Positions 26,701-37,199 of a DNA stretch of 64,000 nt are shown here, piece after piece; position 1 is the stretch's first letter; every line of letters starts with the position of its first letter. The DNA is taken from positions 124,001-188,000 of the forward strand of contig JAQGDQ010000398.1 of assembly GCA_030141605.1 (NCBI GenBank), read 5' to 3'. The stretch comes from Tubiluchus corallicola. Lineage: Eukaryota; Animalia; Priapulida. Made by a program: the position numbers and the translations under genes. The notes under the pieces were generated by a model that saw only the letters and a list, made by a program, of their open reading frames with translations, ran no database searches and had not been told where the DNA came from.

Positions 26701-29700
26701 TTTTAAGTTAGGTAAATGATCGCATGTCAGAGTTGTGGAAAGTGTTAAACAAGTACAGTGGCTATGTTTGTACATCTTTGGCATTTCATTTTAAGTTAGG
26801 TAAATGATCGTATGTCGGAGTTGTGGAAAGTGTTAAACAAGTACAGTGGCTATGTTTGTACATCTTTGACTTTTCATTTTAAGTTAGGTAAATGATCGTA
26901 TGTCAGAGTTGTGGAAAGTGTTAAACAAGTACAGTGGCTATGTTTGTACATCTTTGGCATTTCATTGTAAGTTAGGTAAATGATCGTATGTCAGAGTTGT
27001 GGAAAGTGTTAAACAAGTACAGTGGCTATGTTTGTACATCTTTGGCATTTCATTTTAAGTTAGGTAAATGATCGTATGTCGGAGTTGTGGAAAGTGTTAA
27101 ACAAGTACAGTGGCTATGTTTGTACATCTTTGACTTTTCATTTTAAGTTAGGTAAATGATCATATGTCGGAGTTGTGGAAAGTGTTAAACAAGTACAGTG
27201 GCTATGTTTGTATGTCTTTGGCTTTTCATTTTAAGTTAGGTAAATGATCGTATGTCAGAGTTGTGGAAAGTGTTAAACAAGTACAGTGGCTATGTTTGTA
27301 CATCTTTGGCATTTCATTTTAAGTTAGGTAAATGATCATATGTCGGAGTTGTGGAAAGTGTTAAACAAGTACAGTGGCTATGTTTGTACATCTTTGGCAT
27401 TTCATTTTAAGTTAGGTAAATGATCATATGTCAGAGTTGTGGAAAGTATTAAACAAGTACAGTGGCTATGTTTGTACATCTTTGGCATTTCATTTTAAGT
27501 TAGGTAAATGATCGTATGTCAGACTTGTGGAAAGTGTTAAACAAGTACAGTGGCTATGTTTGTACATCTTTGGCATTTCATTTTAATGACCTGCTACCTA
27601 GTTTTAGTTAAGATGCTACTTAAATAATTTTAAAAAGCAACACGCCACAAAATACGTGTCAGTGTGGATGTGGGTAAAACAAAGAATATTATGTAGTGCT
27701 AAATGTGGGCCTAACTGTTGTTTAATGGAGTTTTGAACTTGCATCATAATTGTGCGTGCCTTGTTTAAATTTGGAGAGAATGATATACTAGCCGGCGAAA
27801 GTACATGCATGTTAATTAGTAAAACAAAGTCGAATTAAATGTTTCAGAACTGGGCTAAAGTTTACAATTCCCCGCACACAAGAAATTAGTTCGTGAAATG
27901 AATTAGGGTTAGGGTTAGATTTAGGTTAGGGATAGAGTTAGGGTATTTAAATTGTGTGAGGAATTGTGAACTCCTTTTCAAAAGAAGCATTCTACATAGG
28001 AGAATAAAATAATGACAAAGTCATCATGCTTAATTCTCAGTAATTTCATGATTTTGAATTAATGAGTAATTGAAAAAAACAGACATGTAACATTAATTTT
28101 TCATTAGATACTGCAATTTTGTTCAGCTGTTGTAGCATATTAGAGTTGAGCTCAAGTGAAACATAATCATTGTCATTATTGTATTGCAGTGTATGGGATG
28201 GAGTTGGTATCTTTCAAATGACATGCAGTTTTTCATCCTCAGTCCACTTGTACTAGTGCCGTTATACAAGTAAGTACAAGACAATATTACAAATGCTTTA
28301 AAGGCTGTTGTGTGCTTGCTTTTGTTGTTATGACAAAACTCAGACAGCTATGACAGCTGCAGAGATTTGCTAAATGCCACCATGCTATAAAAGGCTACAA
28401 TAATTAACAACAAACAACAGAAGCTACAAAACAACATACTGTTTCAATGGAAGCTGCTAGGTTTAACAGATAAACATAAGAGCCTACTGTACATAAAAAA
28501 TAACGTGCAGAAGCCACTACATTTAACAGCATACAATATCCAACGACAAAACCTGGCTGGTGCAACAACAAGCTACAGATGCTACAAGGTGCAAAAAATA
28601 AACAACAGTGGCTATAATACTTAAAGACAAACCATATGCATTGTTATGAGAATCCACAGACTTTGATTTCATTTAAAATCACAAAAAATTAAAATCTTAC
28701 TTTTAATTTATTGTTATAAATGGGATTTTTTGCTGATTAAAACACTTCAATTTGTGATCCTTTATTAGAACAGTACTGCTATTAAAAACATAAAAAAGAT
28801 CTTTCACTCTCAAAATTCAAATTCAGAAATTATATTTAAAATCAATGAATGTGAGCAGTGTTAATTGTATAGCAGTAGTAACTAGGCACTGTCCTTGATG
28901 GTTTCTCAGAAGACTTTTTTCACAGAAAAAACATTACCCAGAAAAAATGCGTCAGAAAATATTTTTCTTAGAAAGCACATTTCGCACATTTCACAAAAAA
29001 AGTATTTCCCAGAAACATTTTTTAACAGAAAAAGTGCAATTGCATTTTTAGTTGCAAAATCTGCTATTTTAGTAGGCTAATTAATAAACAATTTAGAAAA
29101 TAAAAGCTCCGAGCCTTATGTTGCAATCTAAATTTGCCCAATAAATTATGCTCCTTCACAAGATTTTGTACCTTTTCTTTTATGGCAGGACTGGATCCTA
29201 GTTCATTTTTAAAATAATTGTCTAACTGTGCTTTAAAAAAGGATTTGTTACATTTTCTGTGAATTTTATTTTCTGGGAAATGATGGTTCTGAGAAAAAAT
29301 TTCTATGAAATTGCTATTCTGGGATAAATATTTTCTGGGAAGTAAATTTTTCTGGCAAAAAACTTTTCTACGAAGTTTTTTGTTGGGGGAAAAATTTTCT
29401 GGCAAAAGTCTTTTCTGGGAAAAAGCCCCTCTGGGAAACGAGTCTACCCCGTCCTTGTCACTGTGAGACTTGACTATCCAATTCATTCTTTTGACCAGGC
29501 CATTGTTCAATCATACATCAAAACCACTAAATTCACTTAGTTATTAAATGTCTTTTAAATTAGGTATTGTATATGTTTGTCACGCGATTATTGCCAAATT
29601 CTTTAGCAGTAGATTAGTAACGTAAATAAACATTGTGTATGAACTGCGCATGACAGTTACTAAGCAGTCATTTGCACGGCAGTCACACGCATACGTTAGT

Positions 29701-32700
29701 GATGCTGCACGGTGGTGTGCGTCTACTGTTGAAATCAGGATTTGGGATTATTGGCATCTATTTTGTTTTCATACTGTAAGAATTATTACCAAAATGGTAG
29801 TTAATCGCGAAACTTTTCGTATTCGCAAAAGAGCTTATTATGTGCACAGATTTAAAGGATTCGCATCAGTAATGAGTCCTGAATTTAGTATGCTGCAGAG
29901 CGGTGTTCAGTACTCTCAGTACCACGCAGGTTCAGTACTCTCAGTACTACGCAGGTTCAGTACTCTCAGTACTATGCAGCTTCAGTAATCTTGAGTACTA
30001 TGCAGGCTCAGTACTCTCAGTACTACTCAGGTTCAGTACTCTTGAGTACTACACAGGTTCAGTACTCTCAGTACTATTCAGATTCAGTACTCTGTGTACT
30101 ACGCAGGTTCAGTACTCTCAGTACTGATCAGGTTCAGTACTCTCTGTACTACGCAGGTTCAGTACGCTCAGTACTGATCAGGTTCAGTTCTCTTGAGTAC
30201 TACACAGGTTCAGTACTCTCAGTACTACTCAGGTTCAGTACTCTCAGTACCACACAGGTTTAGTACTCTCAGTACCACACAGGTTTAGTACTCTCAGTAC
30301 CACAGATGAACCTCCATAAGAGATTTTCCAGAATTATTAACCTAGTCAAGTGTTGACTGCCTTTGGTTGCTAAGCACACACTAATAAAACTTACCTATTA
30401 ATTTTGCTGTGATTATTTCTATTTTCAGATCAGCTGTAGCTGGACTTGTTATTATAATGGTGCTGATGCTGGGATGTTGCCTTTCTGCCGGTCTTACAAC
30501 ATCATTACTGAGTCTGCCGTCGAATCTTGCTGGGTAAGTGATGTACGGTACAGGCAGGTCTAGAACTTCTTCTGCTCATGCATGCAGGTGTGGAAAGTTT
30601 GCATCATGAGTACACACATGCGGCAAGTTTGTTGATAACTTTATGCCATCTTTCATATCTCGGTTGAAATGGAATGCACACCTTTTATGTCAAAGATGAT
30701 TGTATTTACATCATTTCAGTGCTGATTTTCTAGAGTAATCAGTATATAAGTGTACAGAAATTTTGAAAGTGTGCTTTGTATCAATGATAACACTGAACAG
30801 TGAGCATTATTAACAGGGTGCATAGGATTATGGATATGTATAAAATAAATAAAATAGCTTATTTTATGGATTTTTGAAATTTTATTTTATTGATATCAAT
30901 AAAATAAAAAATAGACTATATCTGGAACGAGATGCCCAGGGGGAAAACAATTAAACAGTAAAAACAGGAAGCTTGAAACGTGTTTTTAAACACACAGGAC
31001 TTAGTTTTAATTTTATCGGTTTCATATCACTTCAAATTTAATCAAATTTTACGAGACAATGGCAAGGTCTCTCTCAGTTATTTTCAGACCGAACTCCAGC
31101 TTATGCTTTGGTTGAAACTTTGCCATCTTGATAACAAAAAGACAATGAGAAAAAAAAACAATGTAAAATAGCAAATCCGGAAATGCGCTTTTGTTGGTTT
31201 GTTTTCTTTCTCTTTCGCTCCTTCTAACGTTCGTTTTCAGTGTTGCCAATGCTTACAACTCGTTACTTTGTACAAAAAAATCACAAAAAAAAAATATATT
31301 TTTTATTTTATGCATTTCTTATTTTATGGATTTTTCAAATTTTATTTTATGGATTTTTGGTCTTATTTTATGAATATCCATAATCTTATGCAGCCTGATT
31401 ATTAACCACTGTAACTGAAGTAGTTAACAGTGCACTCTAACCTTCGTTAAAAGTGAAAATCCTACTGCAGTGGTTGACAATGCTCCCTGTTCACTGGTCA
31501 AGTTTAGCAAACAAAGGCAGATTAACCATTAGGCTATTTAGTATACAACCTTTTAAGATCATTTTTAACAGGATCACAAAATTATTAATCATAACTGAAC
31601 TTGCTAAAGACAAGTATATTAAAACCCTGCATATATATTTTTTTCTTTTTCTATTGTGAAAATATCAGTTTTGCTATTGCAACTTTAAAGTGTTTTTTTA
31701 CTTTTAGATAATTAATTGTTTTTCAGTGGCAATGTTATGGACCCTAATGCATTTATGCAGATGTTTGATTGGGTGTACATAAAACCATGGAGTCGTTCGT
31801 CACCTTATTTAGTTGGCCTGCTGGTTGGGTACTTGCTGTTTAAAACCAATTGTCGGATTCGATTAAAAACGGTCAGTAATTCAGCTAAAGCTTCGGGGAT
31901 GTGATTAACGCCTCTTGATCAAGCATAACATTGTAGACACGGGAGGATGTGTGCCCTTTCTTATATTGCAAAAAAGGCTGACAAACACAATTTTAATGAA
32001 GAATGCTCACCAGTTTTCAGATAATTTTTACCCTCTCAAGGGGGTTATTTTTTCATCGCCATTTGTGTGTTTTGACAATTCTTGGCAGTTAGTTTGCTGA
32101 CTCACTTGAGACTAAAACTTTGCCTGCAAAAGTTACATTAAAATTTACAATTGTTTTGTGCGTACCTACGAGCTTGGTTGATGCACAGTACCACTTGCAT
32201 ACAATTTTGTCAAAAGAACTAAACCGTTAGCTTAATTTGAACACTTCTTACATAGTAAAAGTCTTCTGAAAGTCAGTTTTACATTTACCTGTTGGTTTCG
32301 GTTTAACGTGTTCTGCTGACAACTAAATTCTCATCTTGAAACTGCAGATTGCATATTTTTATTGTACTTATGATTGATTTTGCTTAGGAAGAAGGAAAAA
32401 TGAACTAGGTAACGTTCTAGTTAGCTGTCAAAACTGTTGCTGTTACAATAGCATGGGCTGCGAGGCGTTGTCAAGTCTAAACAAATGCGTTGTCTGGTAC
32501 ACTTAACCATTGACTTTTTCACGATCAATTCTATCATCAATCACTGGAACTCCGAAAAAGTTTATTCAGAGCATCATAAAACTCATCTAATTAATTCTGT
32601 TTCTGTGTGTAAAATGTTGCAAAAATACCAAGAAAGTGACAACATATTCTCTACATTAATGGTTTTAGTGGCTTTCATTCTGTTCCTGCAAATGTTGTTT

Positions 32701-35700
32701 GCCCCATTGTTGCTGTGAATTTTTGTATTACTTTGTAGGTGACAGTTATTGTGGGATGGATACTCGCTGCATTCATCAATCTGTCTATACTTTATGCATT
32801 CTATGGCACCTACGATTCAGATAAAGCTTGGAGTGACTCGCTAAATGGTTTTTACGCTGGCGTTTCTAGAATGGGCTGGAGCATTGGAGTAGCTTGGGTC
32901 ATCTTTGCTTGTGTCACTGGATATGGGGGTATTTTTAACTGCTCTGCTTTGCTTTCAATTGTCGAGACTTGTATGACCGCATGACATATTGAAAAAGTGA
33001 AACTTTAATGTTCCAACTCTGATCCTAACGCCAACCTAAATCTAAACTGACTGTTGTAGCACCCCTGGTGGAATGTGTACACTGCTGTGACAGACAAATT
33101 TGCACAGGGCTCCTCGTTGATAAATTTTGAAAATTGTGATTATTAAGTTACTTATTTTGTGTTCTTCAGGTTTTGTGAACACTATTTTGTCTTGGGGCGC
33201 TTTGATACCTCTGAGTCGTCTAACATACTGTGCGTATCTTATTCATCCTATGATAATGTTCGCATTCTACTTCAGTCGCCGACAGATGATGCATTGGTCT
33301 TCACATATGGAACTGGTAAGTTTGCTTCTTTCGTTGGTCTGTATTTTTTTCTACAAGGCTGACCACTTTAAACACGTCAGAATCATTTCACCCACTTTGT
33401 CCAAGTATTACACGACTTGACGAAAACTCAGTTTTCATTTCTAGTAATGGAATATTTAGTTGCTCTTTATTTATTGGTAATGTTTTTATACAATCGCCTA
33501 AACAGGGTTCGTGGCCACTCAAGTTAAGAGGCAGGAAAGCGGCAATGTAGATACAGATCCACAAAGAAATCTTATAACAAATTTGTTAGTGATAGGAGGT
33601 CACTGTTTACCTTTTTTCTGAAAGGAAGTAAGGTAGTAGCCAATAATAAAGCAATTTGTGATAAAGAATTCCACAAATAACAGTCACTAGTAAAAATTGC
33701 ATTAGACAAATGTCCTCCATCCAGCAATGTTCAGAGAAAATGTGCAGGGCAAATAGATGAGAAGCAGCAGCAAAATCAGTGCTACAGCTAAACGGTTGAT
33801 GTTTGGGGAGAGAGAATACTGAAACATTTATTTATGAAAATATAACTAAAGAAGGTAGACTTCAAGAGAAAGTAGCTTCAGTTTTTCAATGAGGAAGAAA
33901 TTGCAAGTTTGACTCCAAGAAGGACTCAGTCAGATTGATAACATCTGTAAGTAACTTTTTCAATCTAAAATTGGATCACAAATCATGGCCAAACGAGCAA
34001 ATAAGTGAAACACCAATACAGCGGGTGGCACAGAAAAGATGTGCCGAAGTTTGACAGTAAGATTAGAAGGAGGTTGCCTACAAAGTTGAAATTTTACAGT
34101 CTGGTAATGCAATACATTAATTTTCGTTTGTGAAAATCAATCATAGCTTTACTGGTTTTTAAGTTATGGCTAAAAAGCTTTTGTACATTAAAAATTTTGT
34201 ACGGCAGCAAAACAATAAAGAAATCATCCAGTTTACATCATGGTCTTAACCGTAAAAGATAAAGCACTGGTAAAGATTTGTTATTAGGGAAAAAATGGTA
34301 ACTGATCCTCTGGACTATTTTATCTGGAGTGTAGTTTGATGTAGAGGAAATGAAGGCAAAAATTGTTGAGTGTTAAAGAAGTGAGAAGCTGTGTCAGCTG
34401 TTGGAAGAGACGCCTTCGTCTAGTTTGTAGTGACAGTGATGGACGCATAGAGCACTTGCAGTAAATTTTAACAATAGTGATATACAAAATACTATTCGGC
34501 ATTTATTTTTCTGTCTTGCTGATGTAAAACTTCTATATCTTTGAAAGAATATAGCAGGGATGAGAATTTTCCGCGGATACGCAGTATTCCGAGTTTTTGG
34601 AAGACCAGTAGTGCCATTTTTCTGAATCGCGTAAATTCGTTGAGAAAATTTTTTAAGACCCAGTACATTATTTCACAAGCTGGCCGCTTGTTGGCAGGCC
34701 GTCACTTTGTTTACATCACGTACATCAGTGTAACCACGTGTGGATCTCTATGTATAAAAATATAGAATCAATTGTGCGCAGTTATTTGAGTCAATTGCAG
34801 ACAGTTTTTCTATACTTTTGCATAATAGTTGTCAGTACTTGAGCGTTGTTGAGACAATTAGGTATCATGTATCCTTGATAGTTGGATATTTTGAATTATG
34901 CACGAAACAAGGTAACTGGTATTTTAAGTCCACTTAGAGGTTCTCTATGGCCTACGCGGCCCCCAAACCCCCGACCTGTTTCAGAGTTTTTTTGCAATTT
35001 GTTATTCTCATCCCTGATATAGGGGAATGATCAAAAAAAGTTTCACGTTTAATACATAATCATATGCAGCATAAATGTGGTAGTTTTCAAGTGATTTCGT
35101 TTTTCAATCTTGTAATGTTGTAATCAAAACTTCAGCACTACTTTTGTACCAGCTTATGTAAAGGAGGCATTATTTAACAGTGATGACAAGACAAGGATAA
35201 AAAGGCTTATTTGTCTTTTTGCATTGATCACAACTAGCAAATCCCACTTTTACGATCACTGACGATGTTCCTACAAAGTTATAATACACGTCTAGTCAAG
35301 TAATGCAGATCATGTTTTAACAGATCATTTTTTTATCATGCGCGAGCAGAAAAATGTTATGTAATAAAAGTTATCCTTGGTGCCTTGCTTGACAGAGTCA
35401 CATGACTGTTTTTCAGGTACCCATGTTTTTATTTGACAGAGTCACATGACTGTTTTTCAGGAACCAATGTTCTTATTTGACAGAGTCACATGACTGTTTC
35501 TATGTTCTTGCGTGACGGAATCACGTGACTGTTTTTAAGGTGATGTTCTTGCTTGATAGAGTCACATGAATGTTTTTCAGGTGATGTTCTACTTGGGATT
35601 TATGGTGTTGTCCTACATGACAGCATTTGTGGCATCACTGGCGCTAGAATCACCTCCCATGGCTCTGGAGAAGATCATATTTTCGAGACAACTTGGCAAG

Positions 35701-35757
35701 CGACGTCAGGAAGATGCGACTGTACAAAGTAGTGAAACCGCTACAGTCTCCGCTTGA
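11388..35757 (+). CDS. nrf-6: NRF-6 / OACYL-like O-acyltransferase (NRF domain + acyltransferase-3 domain), spliced gene of about 765 aa (exon 7a) or 767 aa (exon 7b)
   Basis: Exons: 11388-11715, 13388-13557, 14230-14332, 14800-14893, 15769-15870, 18812-18948, [20160-20327 or 21487-21660], 23491-23584, 25483-25575, 25949-26114, 28190-28269, 30429-30533, 31727-31871, 32739-32928, 33170-33315, 35581-35757. All introns are GT-AG with matching phases; the total is 2298 nt with 7a, stop included. Family motifs: WAWKMIDAFGK, WLGSFDEC, GICIPNSC, GIRFLSMSWVILGH, SVDTFFLLSG, HRFWRLTP, WYLSNDMQF, YIKPWSR, PLSRLTYCAYLIHP, LESPPMALEK. The symbol marks family membership; orthology is not established. Confidence 0.93.
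11743..11885 (-). mobile_element. 3' tip of a LINE/SINE, antisense in intron 1
   Basis: Minus strand ends AATAAATAAATTGAATTGAATTTG (a microsatellite-type tail). A similar GAAGGG.AGCGAAG motif occurs near 1301. Confidence 0.45.
13388..13557 (+). CDS. NRF-6-like gene exon 2
   Basis: Acceptor ttttttcag; (M)IDAFGKLPAGVADGAFIWLGSFDEC...RYCLV; donor GTAAGT. Confidence 0.92.
14230..14332 (+). CDS. NRF-6-like gene exon 3
   Basis: SAQQVLFSQAVGLSEGICIPNSCNQAFVSDFFKT; donor G|GTGAA. In-frame alternative acceptors lie 9 and 12 nt downstream. Confidence 0.85.
14800..14893 (+). CDS. NRF-6-like gene exon 4
   Basis: Acceptor tctttcag; LSKLPLNETLTVNGVNCAEEAEYDWRFYLA; donor GTAAGT, phase 2. Confidence 0.85.
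15769..15870 (+). CDS. NRF-6-like gene exon 5 (first TM helix)
   Basis: Acceptor ttttatag; VILSLIGILIVVGTSLDIF, matching the family GT.xD motif; donor GTAAGT. Confidence 0.88.
17634..18480. repeat. 47-bp minisatellite, about 18 copies, in intron 5
   Basis: Unit TAGTACATCTGATGTCTCTTACATAATGTCTGCTCACATTTCTTACT. Confidence 0.95.
18812..18948 (+). CDS. NRF-6-like gene exon 6 (hydrophilic loop)
   Basis: Acceptor atttatag; KIPSSRSVANEYTPILQQQNADGYQTIGNSEMEHRSLERRESHMP; donor G|GTAAA. It supplies the phase 2 to phase 1 bridge required between exons 5 and 7. Confidence 0.75.
20160..20327 (+). CDS. NRF-6-like gene exon 7a
   Basis: Acceptor atttcag; GVCCKLFLCWSIVANGTKLLTTHKTTSHLDCVHGIRFLSMSWVILGHTFAFSAQLF; donor A|GTAAGT; 168 nt, phase 1-1. 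Confidence 0.9.
20900..21002. repeat. Two-copy tandem duplication of about 50 bp between exons 7a and 7b
   Basis: AAGTGCTTCAC.TGGTCT.TGGACTGCCTCAAACTTCTGGAAGGGA.TGC occurs twice. Confidence 0.85.
21487..21660 (+). CDS. NRF-6-like gene exon 7b (paralogous duplicate of 7a)
   Basis: Acceptor gtaattag; GFYGNLVHSFSIVKNGTKILTTRKHPGQLDCVHGIRFFSMSWVILGHSYYFFYVSPLI; donor A|GTGAGT; 174 nt, phase 1-1, no stops. Not shown in the ORF track. Confidence 0.88.
22256..22785. repeat. About 32-33 bp minisatellite, about 16 copies
   Basis: Unit AAGAAACTTTCCTGTGTGTCTCACAC plus a 6-7 nt variable part. Confidence 0.93.
23491..23584 (+). CDS. NRF-6-like gene exon 8
   Basis: Acceptor atttcag; NPVHYPEVVKKFGFQAIANGTYSVDTFFLL; donor AG|GTGAGT. 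Confidence 0.92.
24980..25366. mobile_element. hAT-type MITE
   Basis: Perfect 16-bp TIR CAGTGGTTCTTAACCT / AGGTTAAGAACCACTG; degenerate 8-bp TSD TGCTACAA / TGCTAGAG. Confidence 0.88.
25483..25575 (+). CDS. NRF-6-like gene exon 9
   Basis: Acceptor tttcctttgcag; GLLVGYLTLKEMSKNNGKIFWPMYYFHRFW; donor AG|GTAAAA. Confidence 0.92.
25949..26114 (+). CDS. NRF-6-like gene exon 10
   Basis: Acceptor cattttag; LTPVYM...GPMWP...CVTTWWTNLLYINN...EM; donor GTATGC. Confidence 0.93.
26144..27585. repeat. 88-bp minisatellite, about 16 copies, in intron 10
   Basis: Unit GCTATGTTTGTACATCTTTGGCATTTCATTTTAAGTTAGGTAAATGATCGTATGTCGGAGTTGTGGAAAGTGTTAAACAAGTACAGTG. Confidence 0.96.
27864..27968. mobile_element. Small inverted-repeat element with a TTAGGG-like core
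   Basis: ACAATTCCCCGCACACAA ... TTGTGTGAGGAATTGT flanks ttagggttagggttagatttaggttaggg. Confidence 0.5.
28190..28269 (+). CDS. NRF-6-like gene exon 11
   Basis: Acceptor attgcag; CMGWSWYLSNDMQFFILSPLVLVPLY; donor GTAAGT. Confidence 0.93.
28891..29457. mobile_element. Foldback-like non-autonomous element
   Basis: The left arm carries (C)CAGAAAA repeats and the right arm the complementary TTTTCTGG repeats. Direct repeat GTCCTTG at 28891 and 29451. Confidence 0.55.
29905..30303. repeat. About 25-bp minisatellite, about 16 copies
   Basis: Unit GTTCAGTACTCTCAGTACTACGCAG, with two AGTACT palindromes per unit. Confidence 0.93.
30429..30533 (+). CDS. NRF-6-like gene exon 12
   Basis: Acceptor ttttcag; SAVAGLVIIMVLMLGCCLSAGLTTSLLSLPSNLA (TM helix); donor GTAAGT. 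Confidence 0.88.
30814..31397. mobile_element. TIR MITE with 8-bp TSD (hAT or P superfamily)
   Basis: About 35-bp imperfect TIR CAGGGTGCATAGGATTATGGATAT... / ...ATATCCATAATCTTATGCAGCCTG; perfect TSD ATTATTAA (30806-30813 and 31398-31405). Confidence 0.9.
31727..31871 (+). CDS. NRF-6-like gene exon 13
   Basis: Acceptor tttttcag; ...VYIKPWSRSSPYLVGLLVGYLL...; donor GTCAGT. Confidence 0.92.
32739..32928 (+). CDS. NRF-6-like gene exon 14
   Basis: Acceptor ctttgtag; VTVIVGW...SRMGWSIGVAWVIFACVTGYG; donor G|GTATT. Confidence 0.92.
33170..33315 (+). CDS. NRF-6-like gene exon 15
   Basis: Acceptor ttcttcag; FVNTILSWGALIPLSRLTYCAYLIHP...; donor GTAAGT. Confidence 0.93.
33465..34500 (-). mobile_element. 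Decayed LINE 3' portion
   Basis: Minus-strand LLGV and LWNSL remnants, ending in AATAAATAAA near 33470. Boundaries are uncertain. Confidence 0.45.
34555..35016. mobile_element. TIR MITE
   Basis: 13-bp TIR CAGGGATGAGAAT / ATTCTCATCCCTG; flanking direct repeat ATATAG. Confidence 0.82.
35386..35590 (+). repeat. About 41-44 bp tandem repeat (5 copies) overlapping the last splice acceptor
   Basis: Unit TTGACAGAGTCACATGACTGTTTTTCAGG...ATGTTCTT. Confidence 0.85.
35581..35757 (+). CDS. NRF-6-like gene exon 16 (last coding exon)
   Basis: Acceptor tttttcag; VMFYLGFMVLSYMTAFVASLALESPPMALEKIIF...SA, stop TGA. Confidence 0.92.
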   Translation: MMFYLGFMVLSYMTAFVASLALESPPMALEKIIFSRQLGKRRQEDATVQSSETATVSA

Positions 35758-35828
35758 TGTGTTATTATATTAGAATGCATATTTTATAATTATAGCCAAT
35801 TTTTTATTCTCAAGTCTCAATATCATCA

Positions 35829-35838
35829 AATAAATAAA
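35829..35838 (+). terminator. Candidate polyadenylation signals (overlapping AATAAA)
   Basis: AATAAATAAA about 70 nt after the stop codon. The AT-rich background lowers specificity. Confidence 0.45.
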
Positions 35839-37199
35839 AAAGGTTTTCACGGCTATTTTTTATTGAAAATGACCATTTTGTATTTATTTGATGAAAACCT
35901 GAGATTATGAACAATAATATGTGATATATGGTGAAATATAAGTAGTTTAGACTTTTGCATTGTTAGTATTGTTGTTACTGCACCAACTGTCTTTTTGCTA
36001 ACTTGCTTTGGATGGCAAATGCAACATGCACTGCCACATATTGCAACATTCCAGCTGTTTCTACTTATTTTATGGTATATAAAGTTTTAAAAAGTTGGAA
36101 CAGCATTTTATAAACTAACCGTTCACCTAACCTATTACTACAAGCAATAAGTGTAGTGAAAAATGACAAACCAGTGTAATTACGCTGCTATGAACTTGTC
36201 AAACAAATTTACTATTTCGTGTGATAAATTTCCATTATAAGGTAGCGTTAGTTAAAGTGCATAATGCGTTGACGTGAGAATTAGATCTGCTTGAAGTGGA
36301 ACAGTTATCAAATGAGATGGACGTTTTTAAAGTTCAATGTTTTCGTAATGTTTGCAGTTTTTAAGTCATTTTTGATAAAGTCAAAATTTATCTCGTACAA
36401 CCATGATACGTATTGTCGATGTGGGTGGTAACTTTACTGAGCAGAGAGCACAGATTGTTACAAGTTGCTAAGCAACTGCTGAAGAGATAATTTAATGTTA
36501 AATTCTGCCTGGTTAGTATTCAGCAGGAATAATAAATTCAAGTGTAGATTCAAGAAGTTAAAAATATGTGAAAAATCTAGACGTAGAAAAAAGCAGATAA
36601 CATGCTATTACTAGTGCTGTTTACAGCATTGGTGTCACCATCTATTAAGCCTATTATCGAAGTAATAAAAGTAAAGTATCTTGAAATGATATAATGATGA
36701 TAATGATAAGTCCAAACTACAAAAAGGTGATTTATTTGTATGTAAGAAATAGAACCAGTTTTGTGTTAGCAAAATTTTAATGTTTCACTCCAGATGGACA
36801 GTAGAGAATCACGATTCTTCAGGTCATTGACCACAGTTGAATGGTCAATATACAAGAGACTTATTTTTTTAATATTGTCTGATAATACTGTGTATAACCA
36901 TCTGCATATTGTAAATGGAATTTCTCCCTCTCTGTCAACTGGGTCACATATCCACCTGAAAACTTTGGTTGAATGTGAAATATACAAGAGACTTATTTTT
37001 GTTTTTAATAATTGTCTGATTTTATTGTTTATAAGTTTCTTTTGTCATCATCATCTGTGGAGTCACACGTCCTGTGACATGACCTTTGCTATCACTTCAT
37101 AGACCATGCTGCCCTGTCACCCGCAACGCCCATGTCTCTGTATTTTTGATATGTAATGGCGTGTTGATAAGATATTTTTAGATGAAATTGATGTACGTC

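Noticed and set aside
27902-27945. TTAGGG run as an interstitial telomere
   Set aside because: Short, degenerate and enclosed by a small inverted repeat, so more likely part of a MITE-like element.
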